A DNA stretch of 63,668 bases, filler included, from Octopus bimaculoides (taxonomy: Eukaryota): assembly GCF_001194135.2 (NCBI RefSeq). It is 4 parts of 4 records of this genome, joined end to end, with 100 filler letters (N's around TTAATTAATTAA, not from the genome) between each part and the next. Parts side by side here need not be neighbours in the genome. Positions count along the whole stretch, not along the records: positions 30,957 to 55,806 come from NC_069000.1; 3 more parts are not named here. One strand, written 5' to 3'. Every line of letters starts with the position of its first letter. The first letter of the stretch is position 1. Positions 39,500 to 52,112 of this stretch are shown here, in pieces. Below the pieces are notes generated by a model that saw only the letters and a list, made by a program, of their open reading frames with translations, was not told the DNA's origin and ran no database searches. The translations under genes and the position numbers were made by a program.

Positions 39500-40500
39500 A
39501 GTGTGCATAATTGAAAGAATGTAAGTACCTTGAGAGAAAAGTTAGACCTAAGAAACATCAATTGTGGTGTGCAAGAGAGATGATTGCACTGGTATGGACA
39601 TGTGGCAAGAATGGATGAGGATAGCTGTGTGAAAAAGTGCCACACCCTAGCAGTTGAAGGAACCTGTGGAAGAGGCAGACCCAAGAAGACCTGGGATGAG
39701 GTGGCGAAGCACGGCCTTCGAACTTTAGGGATCACTGAAACAATGACCAGTGACCAGGACCTTTGGAAATATGCAGTACGTGAGAAGACCTGGCAAGGCA
39801 AGTGAGAGCATAATCTATGATCTCTGCCAGAAGTGTAACCAGCTCACTAATCCATATCTTTACTTCATTGGACACTAAAAACCCTGCTTGCGAAGACCTG
39901 TTGAGGCAAGTGAATTTGGAATTTGAAATCTGAAATCGAAATCGAACCGAATTCGATGACTGGCACCCATGCCAACCTCTCCTTCATTGGACACTAAACT
40001 CTGCTTGCGATGACCTGTTGGGGCAAGTGAAATCGTAATTGAACCATACTCAATGACTGGCACCACGCCAGTGGAGCACTAACAGCACTGTCGTGTGTGT
40101 TCATTGCTAGAGTAGCTGTCTGGCTTCTGTGCTAGTGGCCCATAAATAGCACCATTTGAACGTAATCGTTACCAGCGTTACCTTCTAGCACTCATGCTGG
40201 TGGCATGTTAGAAAATCATTCGAGCAAGGTTGTTGTCAGTACCGCTGGACTGGCTCCCGTGCAAGTGGCACGTAAAGAACACCCTTTTGAGCGTGGCCGT
40301 TGCCAGTACTATGTGACTGGCCCTCGTGCCGGTGGCATGTAAAAGCACCCACTACACTCTCGGAGTGGTTGGCATTAGGAAGGGCATCCAGCTGTAGAAA
40401 CTCTGCCAGATCAGATTGGAGCCTGGTGCAGCCTTCTGGCTTGCCAGTCCTCAGTCAAATCGTCCAACCCATGCTAGCATGGAAAGTGGACATTAAACGA
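39500..40500 (+). mobile_element. RTE-clade LINE 3' end with long, internally duplicated 3' UTR
   Basis: LHWYGHVARMDEDSCVKKC..LAVEGTCGRGRPKKTWDEV..DQDLWKYAV. Confidence 0.85.
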
Positions 40501-40518
40501 AGAAAAAAAAAATCATCA

Positions 40519-40870
40519 TTTAATGTCTGCTTACCATACTGGCATGGGTTGGATTGTTTGACTGAAGACTGGCAAGCCAGGAGGCTGCACCAGGCTCCAA
40601 TCTGATCTGGCAAGGTTTCTACAGCTGGATGCCCTTCCTAATGCCAACCACTCCTAAAGTGAAATGGGTGCTTTTTATGTGCCACTGGCATGGGAGCCAG
40701 TCGGGTGGCACTGGCAACAACCATGTTCAAATGGTGCTTTTTACATGCCACTAGCACAGATGCTAGTCAGGTAGTACCAGCATCGGCCATGACAACAATT
40801 TCACTTGACTCATGAGGTCTTCTCAAGCACAAAATATTGACCAATGATTGAATGGGCCGGTTATGCGACA
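40519..40870 (-). mobile_element. RTE 3'-UTR fragment inverted against the preceding copy
   Basis: Reverse complement of 40320-40497; further copies at about 34830-35125, 46500-46680, 50060-50460, 52660-52920 and 54770-55200. Confidence 0.8.
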
Positions 40871-41289
40871 GTGGTATAGGCCATGGCTACGAGCATGTGT
40901 GTGTGTGTATATGTGTGTACACACATGACATGCTTCCTTCAGTTTCTGTCCCCTAAATCCACTTTGGTCAGTTTGGGCATAAAAATAGAAGATACTCGCT
41001 CAAGGTGCTACACAGTGGGACTGAACCTGAAACCACTTGATTGGGAAGCAAACTTAACCACACAGCTATGCCAGCACCTATTAATAATGACAAAATTACT
41101 GTATGCAATTCTTCATTATTTTGGAAAAAATTAACTGAAGCAGAGAATTTCAACAGAAATTTGGTAACAAAGGGGTTGAAATATTGTGCAAAAGACTGCG
41201 CAGCAGCTGACTTGGCTGTAGCAAATGCAGGACCAAAGCCAGAGTCATTTACATGTAAGGCCACCACTAATGTACAACCACTGGGATCG

Positions 41290-41785
41290 CTGTAATCGAG
41301 TTAATCCTGTCCCCCAAATTTAAGGCCTTGTGCTTCCAGTAGAAAATATTATTATTAAGGCGGAGAGCTGGCAGAATCATTAGCACGCCAGGCAAAATGC
41401 TTAGTGGTATTTCATTCATTCTTACATTCTGAGTTCAAATTCCACCAAGGTTAATTTTGCCTTTCATCCTTTCAGGGTCAATGAATTAAGTACCTGTTAT
41501 GCACTGAAATCAATGTAATTGACTAGCTCCCTCCCCCAAAGTTTCAGGCCTTGTGCCTAGAGTAGAAAGCATTGTAACCTGGCAGAATTGTTAGCATACT
41601 GGACAAAATGCTTAGCAGTATTTCACCTGTTGCTATGTTCTGAGTTCAAATTCTGCGTTGGGCGACTTTGCCTTTCTTCCTTTCGGGCTCAATAAATTAA
41701 GTGCCAATGAAACCCTGGGGTCGATGTATTCAACTAATCCCCTCCACCCAAATTTCAGGCCTTGTGCCTATAGTAGAAAGGATTA
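41290..41785 (+). mobile_element. Head-to-tail SINE family B array (tail + two copies)
   Basis: Copies near 41357-41565 and 41575-41780, joined by ATT repeats. Confidence 0.8.
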
Positions 41786-42124
41786 TTATTATAATTCTGC
41801 TGTAGTTCACCCTGTCTGTACTTCTCTCCACAACTTTCTCACCAACCCATATTTATAATCAATCACCTTTCCACCCTTGTTCCCCATTTACTAGATTCCG
41901 TCTCACCCCTTCCCTCCACCCCAAACTCTAACCATCCCTCACACTCCCCATACACTCCTGCAACCTCTACCTTCTGCACTTCCCAATCTTCTGAGCCCAT
42001 TCTCTTCTCAGCCCCTTGTACCTAGAGGGTACTACACTCTGACATCTTGTCACCATTTTCATCTCTTTCTCTCCACCCTGATGACTCTCACCCAGATCTT
42101 TTATATTGTGAGATAACCATCATA

Positions 42125-42630
42125 GGATCAAGTGGCTGTGTGGTAAGTAGCTTGCTTACCAACCACATGGTTCCAGGATCAGTCCCATTGCGTGGCACCT
42201 TGGTCAAGTGTCTTCTACTATAGCTTTGGGCTGACCAAAGCCTTGTGAGTAGATTTGGTAGACGGAAACTCAAAGAAGCCCGTCATATATATATACATGG
42301 GTGTCTGTGTTTGTCCCCCCACCATCAAGTGATGGTGGTGTGTTTATGTCCCCCGTAACTTAAGCGGTTCGGCAAAGGGACCGATGGAATAAGTANNNNN
42401 NNNNNTCGTATATATGTATATATGTGTGTATGTTTGTGTGTCTGTGTTTGTCCCCCAACATTGTTTGACAACCGATGCTGGTGTGTTTACGTCCCCGTAA
42501 CTTAGCGGTTCGGCAAAAACGACCGATAGAATAAGTACTAGGCTTACAAAGAATAAGTCCTGGGGTCAATTTGCTCGACTAAAGGCGGTGCTACAGCATG
42601 GCCGCAGTCAAATGACTGAAACTAGTAAAA
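42125..42630 (+). mobile_element. SINE family A spanning a 10-N gap
   Basis: The central segment is repeated on both sides of the gap at 42396-42405. Confidence 0.8.
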
Positions 42631-43688
42631 GAACATATTTCCTCCATATTAAGAAACCTATTTCTATCCCCTTCTTTCATACTTCAACATCCCCCTCTCA
42701 TCTCGCATACAACTGCCTCCTTCGCCACTACACCCCCTCTCGCTGACCAGGGTTTTTAGTTTAGTGAGTAACATGGCAACTCCACCAGTGCTGGTGCACT
42801 AAAAGGGGGTGGAAATAAAACAATAGATACTGAAAACTGGTTTCTATGATTGGATACTCTTCAAAGGCCATCCAGTCATGCCAAAAAAAAAAAAAAAAAA
42901 AANNNNNNNNNNNNNNNNNNNNNNNNNNNNNNNNNNNNNNNNNNNNNNNNNNNNNNNNNNNNNNNNNNNNNNNNNNNNNNNNNNNNNNNNNNNNNNNNNN
43001 NNNNNNNNNNNNNNNNNNNNNNNNNNNNNNNNNNNNNNNNNNNNNNNNNNNNNNNNNNNNNNNNNNNNNNNNNNNNNNNNNNNNNNNNNNNNNNNNNNNN
43101 NNNNNNNNNNNNNNNNNNNNNNNNNNNNNNNNNNNNNNNNNNNNNNNNNNNNNNNNNNNNNNNNNNNNNNNNNNNNNNNNNNNNNNNNNNNNNNNNNNNN
43201 NNNNNNNNNNNNNNNNNNNNNNNNNNNNNNNNNNNNNNNNNNNNNNNNNNNNNNNNNNNNNNNNNNNNNNNNNNNNNNNNNNNNNNNNNNNNNNNNNNNN
43301 NNNNNNNNNNNNNNNNNNNNNNNNNNNNNNNNNNNNNNNNNNNNNNNNNNNNNNNNNNNNNNNNNNNNNNNNNNNNNNNNNNNNNNNNNNNNNNNNNNNN
43401 NNNNNNNNNNNNNNNNNNNNNNNGATATGATATTCTTAAATTACTGCCAATCCTACGTACTAGGTTGGTATATATTTAATCGACACACACACATTTTATA
43501 TATATAACACGTTTGCTCTATCTTCAATTATAATAAAAAAAAAAAAATTTACATTAAACAGAAGGATTTCTCAATACTTTCAAAAGAGAACATATTTATG
43601 TTGCTTTTACAAGAATAGCTTGGATAGTGACTTCGAAGTTTCAACCTGCTTAGCCTTGTAAACGAATCACACACAAACATACATACAT

Positions 43689-43719
<31 letters not shown>

Positions 43720-44305
43720 AACACGTACACACAGAGGTTGAAGTCCGTGAAGCTAATACGTAAACCCTATTGTTTAGTCCCAATCAGACTTAAGTAAAAG
43801 ATGTTCCTGCCATGACCGTCTCGCCTTTTTGTTGTTTCCATGACTACATTGTCTTGCGACTCATCTCTTTATTTATCAAAAACGGATAGTAGAGAGTGAG
43901 TTTACAGGAATTTAACTGCTATATTTAGCATACAGTGCAATCATATAGTAGTCCCCTCGTTAGTATATGCCCCACCCACATTAAAGACATCGTTGTAATT
44001 TAGCCCCCGATCGGCCAAGAACAGGCAACTTCTCGTCAAACGCATTCTAACCGTGGCCATCCTGTTTCTTTTCCTGGTTTATATATATCTACCGAATCTC
44101 CAAAATTATATGGGTGTGATTTGAGGGGGATTTGGCTATTATTTCTAGCATGTTGAACGGCTCCATGGCGGATCCCTGGATGGTATATTTGTTAAACATA
44201 TTACAGCTGAATTAATATTTAATAAGACACTTCGTAGTCTGTCTCGTTAGACCATACACATACCCATATATATATTAGAAAAAGAGGGAGGGGGAAATTA
44301 CTTAC

Positions 44306-44389
44306 GACATTAATCCACCGTCTGTCGCCTTGTACATCGACAACTGGTAAAGGTTCACAAGCAGACACTGTTGAATTTGAGGCGCTCAT
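44306..44389 (-). CDS. PAFAH1B2: First coding exon of a platelet-activating factor acetylhydrolase IB catalytic subunit (PAFAH1B2/B3-like, SGNH hydrolase)
   Basis: ATG at 44389 reads MSASNSTVSACEPLPVVDVQGDRRWINV (84 nt) and ends at a GTAAGT donor in phase 0. It resembles the human PAFAH1B2 N-terminus as I recall it (AAIPHAAEDIQGDDRWMSQ), where an intron also falls after the RWxxx motif. An in-frame TGA lies 4 codons upstream of the ATG. B2 versus B3 cannot be told apart. Downstream exons were not found in the window. Confidence 0.8.
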
Positions 44390-44399
44390 CTTTTCCAGT

Positions 44400-45200
44400 C
44401 AGTCACGACCATATACGTAATATATATGTTACTATATAATATACTTTTTCCTCTTAGGACAAAATCACCACCTCCTCCACCAACAACAAAGCTGGGGTTT
44501 TTTTTTGTAAAAAAAATATTTTAAATTCTATATATACATTGATATACAGTAACACATATCCTACAAGTGCATACTCATATATCTATAGATATATAGTTAT
44601 ATATACATGTATACAAATATATATTATCTGGTGATATGTTTGTATGTATCCAATGTTGTAGACAACAAGTATCCGTGGCTATTTTTTTCTTCACAGGTAG
44701 GTTTGCCGGTAACAAGCAAGCAAACGTTAAAAGCCTACTTTTAACGGTATAAGCGACACCCTCTAATACAAGCAGCACCTAACATACCGGAAGTCAATTA
44801 TAACATAATTTAAATCCAGTCAGTACGCTACAGCAAGCTACTCAGAGTTATCTCCCATAAAAGTTACTGCAATGCAAACTCGATTATGAATTGCGTTAGC
44901 TTGTCAGCATAGTTAGACAGAAAAATACGACAGTTTAGATGTCAAACTGAGAAAATGTCACTTCAAAAATCGAAGTCTTTTCCACAGAGGTGGGTGCGAA
45001 ATCTCCTGAAATGGCTCTAAATTTCTGGAAGAGAACCAAAGCTTTGGAGACAATAACAGAAAGCAGTTGAGAAAAGTTCAAGGAAGAATCGGACTGAAAT
45101 TCAAAAGGTATAATTTACCCTACAGTTATCTGGCGTCTTAGGCTGAACTGTTTACGACGCCCGAGGTACCTTGGCCCTGGGGTACCTCAACCACCCAGGA
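44400..45200. promoter_or_regulatory. CpG-retaining promoter-like region upstream of the PAFAH1B exon, with an ETS-type CCGGAAGT motif at 44787-44794
   Basis: Unique, repeat-poor sequence that keeps CpGs between CpG-depleted flanks. The CCGGAAGT motif overlaps a possible minus-strand non-coding-exon donor (CCG|GTATGT at 44788/44787). Confidence 0.5.
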
Positions 45201-45379
45201 GGATTGCAATGCAAACAATAGCATAAAATGTGACAGCAGAGGGGTACCTAAGAGTCATGATCTGGAAGCAGCCCAGGGCCAAAACACTTGCATATGGAGG
45301 AGACCTAATCTGAAGATCTTCTGCTCTCTCTAGAGTTTCTTACTACAAGGGTTATTAGAAATTGTGTTGGCATGAAATG

Positions 45380-45899
45380 TGACTTTGTGAGTTCAAATTC
45401 TGGTGTGGTCAGTTTTACCTCTCACCTTTCTAGGGTAGATAAAATTAAGGGTCTGTTAAGCACAGGGCTCAGTGGCATTGGCTAATATGCTCTTCTTAAA
45501 AGGTAGGCTTCAAAGTGTTGGGCAAAATGCCTTTGTTTGGTTTTTCTCATTCTGGGTTCAACTCCAACTGAGGGTGACTTTACATTTCATCCATTTCAGG
45601 GTCATTAAAATAAGGAACAGTCAGGTACTGGGGTTGATATAATTGACCAAATATTATCATCATCATCATCATCATTATTCGTATTAAGGTGGCGAGCTGG
45701 CAGAATCGTTAGCATGCCGGGCAAAACGCTTTGCGGTATTTTTTCTGTCTTCATATTCTGAGTTTAAATTCCGCCGAGGTTGACTTTGCCTTTCATCCTT
45801 TTGAGATCGATTAGATAAGTACCAGTTACACACCGAGGTTGATGTAATCGTCTTAATCCCTTCCCCCAAATTTGAGGCTTTGTGCTTCCAGGAGAAAGG

Positions 45900-45952
<53 letters not shown>

Positions 45953-46390
45953 TATTAAGGTGGTGAGCTGGCAGAATTGTTAGTGCACCAAATGAAATGT
46001 TTAGCAGCATTTCACCAGTCGCTACATTCTGAGTTCAAATCTCGCCAAGGTCGACTTTACTTTTCATTCTTTTGGGGTTGATAAATTAAGTACCAGTGAG
46101 ACACTGGGGTTGATGTTATCAACTAGTCCCCTCCCCTAAATTTCAGGCCTTGTGCCTATTGTGGAAAGGATTGTTATTATTATTATCATGGCAAGAAACG
46201 TTAGCAATTCGGGTGAAATGCCTGGTGGTATTTTATCCACCTTGATGTTCTGAGTTCAAATTCTACTGAGGTCGACTTTGCCTTTCATCCTTTCCCTCTA
46301 TAAACGGAATATCGGATGAATACTAGGGGTCAATATAATTGACTATCCCCCTCACCCAAAATGTCTGGCCTTGTGCTTATAGTAGAAAAA
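45380..46390 (+). mobile_element. Head-to-tail array of about four SINE family B copies separated by (ATT)n/(ATC)n
   Basis: Heads near 45380 (partial), 45686, 45956 and 46190. Confidence 0.85.
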
Positions 46391-46899
46391 GATTATTATT
46401 ATTATTATTAGCAAGATCTATGAATATTTCATGGGATTAATGGTAAACTTGTTGGGTTATTTCTGAACACTTTATCCAGAAAATCTGAAAGCATAGCCTA
46501 TGTTGTAACCTGGGCTGTGGGATCGGAGTTGGAGCTGGAAACAATAAAGGGTTGTTGGTGTTAGGAAGGGCACCCAATCTAAATAATGGAGCATGGTGTA
46601 GTCTTCTGCTTTACCAGTCCATGTCAAACCGTCCAACCTATGTCAGTATGGAAAATGGACGTTAAATGATGATGATGATGATGATGATATATCTGTATGT
46701 CAAATCCTCTGTGTTAACATGGGCCTTGTAGCAAAAAAGTAAACTTCATATAATCAAGATACCTTCGGTTTGAAGAGTAGCCTGCGTTATGCACCTCTCT
46801 TGGATATTTACCACTTCTGAGGTTCCGCTTGCTATGAAACATATGTAGCCTGGATTTTATTTGTTCCATTCCTCAACTCTTGGATTTTTATTCACATAC

Positions 46900-46919
46900 C
46901 TGACAATCTTGGATGCCAG
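46900..46919 (-). other. Candidate 20-nt microexon (CTGGCATCCAAGATTGTCAG)
   Basis: Strong acceptor (ttattttatatttcacag) and strong donor (CAG|GTATGT) in unique sequence; open in all three frames. Confidence 0.35.
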
Positions 46920-47089
46920 CTGTGAAATATAAAATAATTATTTTCAAATTATTGTACTTCGATATGGGAAAATATTCACAAGCTTCTGCACCAGTAAATC
47001 CACTATTGTTCTTAAAAGTTGGGGTTTTTAAAAAATATTTTCTATGGATTGCTTGAAGTTCACTTTCTTCTTACATTGCTCACCACATC

Positions 47090-47850
47090 TGATGCTTCTT
47101 GTATCCAACTTTTCTCTCAGGGCACTTATACTTTGTCATGTATGCATACTGACATTACACATCCACTTCAAGCCTACACATGTCCTGAGCAGTCACAACA
47201 CATATTTCATTGCCATGTAGCATGGCTGTTCACACACAGGCATCATATAGTCTACCTTTCACTCTGAGTGAGAGGCCCTTTTTCACCAGCAGAGGTAGAA
47301 GCTCTCTGAACTTTGCCCAGGCTATTCTGATTCTAGCAGCTACACTCTCAGAACATCCACTCCCACTACTAACTTGGGCACCTTGGTAATAGAAGCTATC
47401 AACTACTTCTAGTTTTTCCCCCTGGCATGTGATGGAATCTCTTTTCTGTACATCTTTGGTGTTTATTGTGCCTGTGCATCTGCCACACACAAAAATTATC
47501 TTCCCAGTTAACCTTCCTTTGATATTGCTGCACCTCTTATGTGTCCATAGCTTACACCAGGTACATCTTATGGAGTTTCTACCTACACCTTTTCTACAGA
47601 TTGAGCAGGGCCATCTACCTGAAGATGTGATTTGTCTGCCTTCCTACTTACTAAGGCTTTAGTTTTTGCTAGATTGACTTTAAGACTCTTCGATTCTAGA
47701 CCTTGCTTCCACACCTGAAACTTCTTCTCTAGTTCTGATAGTGACTCAGCTATTAGAGCAAGGTCATCAGCACAAAGGAGCTATGAGGGGCAGCCTATCT
47801 TGAATTCCTCTGTTATTGCCTGGAGGACTATGATGAACAAGGGCACTGGA
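47090..47850 (-). mobile_element. RTE-clade LINE reverse transcriptase fragment
   Basis: LQAITEEFKIGC..LLCADDLALIAES..WKQGLESKSLKVNLAKTK; VVDSFYYQG..SVAARIRIAWAKFRELLPLL..VKGRLYDACV. Confidence 0.9.
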
Positions 47851-48209
47851 GGAGGCAATCTTGTGTCCCTCTCTCTCTCTTTGGCCAGGTAACCTTGTAC
47901 CTCCTCTATAGCAAGACACCTGTTTCTGCCTTTCATCATCTGACACAAGATTGCCTCCTCCAGTACCCTTATCTCTCAAAAGATTTTTGTCTTGCAAGTT
48001 ACTTGGTGATCCTGTCAGCACAGGTGCCACTTAAAAAGCATCCAGTTCACATATTAAGTGGTTGGTGTTTGCAAGGGCATCCAGCTGTAAAAAAAAAACC
48101 TTGCCAAAACTGACCTCGCCTGTGCTTGTGCCACGTAAAAAGCACTAAGTCCACTCTGCTGGGTGGTTCGTGTTACTGGACATTCCGGAAAGGAAAGAAA
48201 AGAAAGAGG

Positions 48210-48244
48210 ATTTCATGTTTCAAGCAGAGCTCTTCATCAGAAAT
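48210..48244 (-). ncRNA. Degenerate minimal type I hammerhead ribozyme (PLE-type)
   Basis: Minus strand: ATTT-CTGATGA-A-GAGC TCT GCTT-GAAA-CAT-G-AAAT. Core CUGAUGA and GAAA are intact, stem II is 4 bp, stem I is 4 bp; stem III and the cleavage base are mutated. Confidence 0.6.
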
Positions 48245-48799
48245 ATAGCAAAAGTCCAAAGAAATGAAGACGGAGAAAGAAAACTGCCAACGATACGCAC
48301 GCGGTCATATATTGAATATATATATATATATATTCAATATATATATATATATATTTATATANNNNNNNNNNNNNNNNNNNNNNNNNNNNNNNNNNNNNNN
48401 NNNNNNNNNNNNNNNNNNNNNNNNNNNNNNNNNNNNNNNNNNNNNNNNNNNNNNNNNNNNNNNNNNNNNNNNNNNNNNNNNNNNNNNNNNNNNNNNNNNN
48501 NNNNNNNNNNNNNNNNNNNNNNNNNNNNNNNNNNNNNNNNNNNNNNNNNNNNNNNNNNNNNNNNNNNNNNNNNNNNNNNNNNNNTGGTTTTTGATCACAA
48601 ATAAATCCTGCTTTATATATAAATACATAGATATAGATATATATAAACCATGATTTATTCGTAAACTGAGGTACTGCTGTAGTAAATGAATATGAGGAAG
48701 ACAGGAGATAAAAGTACGATTTATTCGTGATCAGAGGCAGTCGAAAACCGAGGTACTTCTGTATATATATACACACACACACATATGATGATGATGGCT

Positions 48800-49239
<440 letters not shown>

Positions 49240-49629
49240 CACACACATATATATGCATAAACATATATACATATACATATATATGTATATAATAAATATA
49301 ATAATAAATATTTTGGATTAATAGGTATAAGTCGATTAGTGTGTTTCAAAGATGAGAGCACTGGCATAGTTCAGGCTACCTGTTGTCGTCTGCAGTCAGG
49401 GTATACTTCTGTTGGATCTACTCCAGGAACGCTGCAGTATCAGTTAGGGTAATTATAGTAATTAAGTTATGAGAAGATGGATTTGGTATTCAACTTTATT
49501 CTGTACAACATTCATTTTGACCCATCCTGCTGTTGTCCTTTATGTGTAGGACTCAACATGTGTTGCATCGATTTTGCAGTCTTCTCATTACTTAATCAAT
49601 ATAACATATATGTTTTCTATAGCCCTAAG

Positions 49630-49799
49630 CTCCAGGCTCCGGGTTCCAGAATCCAGGTTCCAGGCTCTAGGCTCCTGGCTCCAGACTCTAGGCTCCGGGC
49701 TCCTGGCTCTAGACTCCAGACTCTAGGCTCCAAGTTCCAGGCTCTAGGCTCCAGGCTACAGACTCTAGGCTCCAAGTTCCAGGCTCCAGGCTCCAGGCG
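49630..49799. repeat. 7-bp minisatellite (CTCCAGG/CTCTAGG/TTCCAGG), about 24 units, inside a SINE A head
   Basis: Flanked by SINE sequence: CTATAGCCC on the left, GATTCGTTAGACAGAAACTGAAA on the right. Confidence 0.9.
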
Positions 49800-49872
49800 A
49801 TTCGTTAGACAGAAACTGAAAACTAAAGGAAGTCCATTATGTATACATATACATATGTACGCATATACACAC

Positions 49873-49920
<48 letters not shown>

Positions 49921-50059
49921 NNNNNNNNNNTGAGTGTGTATGTTCATGTCTCCCTTTCTTGACATCTCTTCTTGATCATTTCTTTCCCTTTGGAACCTTT
50001 TGATACTAGTTTTACTCTAGTGGAACTTAACAGCCATTTGATGCTTTCATAATTCTATG

Positions 50060-50097
<38 letters not shown>

Positions 50098-51699
50098 GTT
50101 TAATGTCTGCTTTCCATGCTGGCATGGGTTGATTGGTTTGACTGAGGACTGGCAAGCCAGGTGGCTGCACTAGGCTCCAGTCTGATCTGGCAAGGTTTCT
50201 ACAGCTCAATGCTCTTCCTAACGCCACCCACTCCGAGAGTGTAGTGGGTGCTTATTACATGCCACCAGCATGGGGGCCAGTTAGGGGGCGCTGGCATCGA
50301 CCACGTTTGCATGGTGCTTTTTATGTGCCACCGGCACAGGGAGCCAGTTGGGTGGGACTAGCATCGACACATGCTCAAATGGTGCTATCATGTGCCACCA
50401 GCATGGGTGCCAGTCAGGCGGCACTGGCCATGACTACAATTTTGATTTACTTGCCTCTGTTATAATTTCATAATTATTATTGTGAATTATACATTCCAAG
50501 TTCAAATTCCACCAAGGTGGACTTTGCCTTTCATACTTTCAGGATCAATAAAATAAGTACCAGTAGAGTACTGGGGTAGGTGGAGGATGGGGGCGATGTA
50601 ATTGACTATCCCCTCCCCAAAAATTTAGTAGAAAGGGTTATTAGGAATATTTGTCTTATTTATCTGCCACTCTCTTTCTCTCTTTCACTGTGTGTGTGTG
50701 TATGTATTTGTATATCTGTGTGTGTGTATATATATATATATATACACACACATGCATATATGTGTATGTATATGTGTGTGCGTGTATATATATATATAAG
50801 TTTGTATACATATATGTATGTCTGTGTGTGTGTGTATTGCACACAGATACATAAACACACACAGTTGCACATGCATACACACACATACATACATCTTACA
50901 CGTTCTATTAAGCCAGCTTTGACTGTACATTATTATTAATAAGGTGGTGGTGGCAAAGAGGTCAGTGGGAGGAGGAGGATGTGACTGCAGTTACTGCAGT
51001 ACACCACTTCACTCCTCTTCCCTCCCCCCTCTCACACACATAGTGTTACTAATACCACTGCCATCACTGCAACCACCACCACCATCAGTAAGCAGGTATA
51101 ACAGCTGACACCATCAACTGACAGTCTATAATTTTCTCTCTTCAGACAAGTAAATTCCTTCTTGTTTGGTTTATAAATAGAAATCAATTGTTTCCTAGAT
51201 TAGAGATATTGACAGCACCAGGGATTGAGTGCAACATATTTATGACTTGTTTCACAATCATTCGTTTTTCCTTTTTGTCAACTGGTTTGTTATCTACTTC
51301 ATGTATAGGCAGGTGTGTGTGTGTATGTGTGCGTGTTAAGAAGAATGCTTTCCAGAATCATAGTATTTGGTTAAAATCCATGTGTATGGCACTTTGAAAG
51401 AATGCCTTCAGCTATGATGCCAGATTGACCAAAACCTAATGAGTGGATGTGGTAAGCAGAAACTGAAGGAAGCCCATTGTACATACACAGACATACATGC
51501 ATGTACACATACATGAGTAAATAAATAAATATGTATATATGTGTGTGTATGCATGTATGCATGCATACATGTATGTATGTATGTGCATATGTATGTATGT
51601 ATGTATGTGTGTATGTATATATATATATGAGAATATGACCAAAACCTGTGTGTACTCCATCCCATGCAGTTGTGGTAGTTTATACAAAAGCGAAACATG

Positions 51700-51980
51700 C
51701 TTCCCCTCAAAATAAGGGTAGAGGAATATCGCAAAGCTGTGACGAGGAGATATTGATAAATCGGGTATAGCTGATCATGTATGGAAAAATGGAGACCACC
51801 TCCCCCTGTGGGATGAAGTTAAAATAATAAACAGAGAACACCACTGGAAAATACGAAAGCTGAAAGAAGCAGCACATATGCTAGGACACAACAACCTCCT
51901 AAGCAGACCGGGTGCAGATATGAATAGCATATGGGAACCGGTATTAAGGAAGGATAAGAAAATATTTGATTTATAAGCCC
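51700..51980 (+). mobile_element. Penelope-like (Poseidon-type) GIY-YIG endonuclease C-terminal fragment
   Basis: KSGIADHVWKNGDHLPLWDEVKIINREHHWKIRKLKEAAHMLGHNNLLSRPGADMNSIWEPVL. Confidence 0.8.
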
Positions 51981-52080
51981 TAAAATTCACTCCATAATTG
52001 CCCACGGGCATATGGCGTAGTGGTTAAGAGTGCGGGCTACTAACCCCAAGATTCCGAGTTTGATTTCAAGCAGTGACCTC

Positions 52081-52112
<32 letters not shown>

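Noticed and set aside
52010-52080. tRNA-like sequence GGGCATATGGCGTAGTGGTTAAGAGTGCGGGCTACTAACCCCAAGATTCCGAGTTTGATTTC
   Set aside because: No complete acceptor stem, degenerate B box and an (AAT)n tail: a short tRNA-derived SINE, not a tRNA gene. The same applies to the heads of SINE A, B and C.
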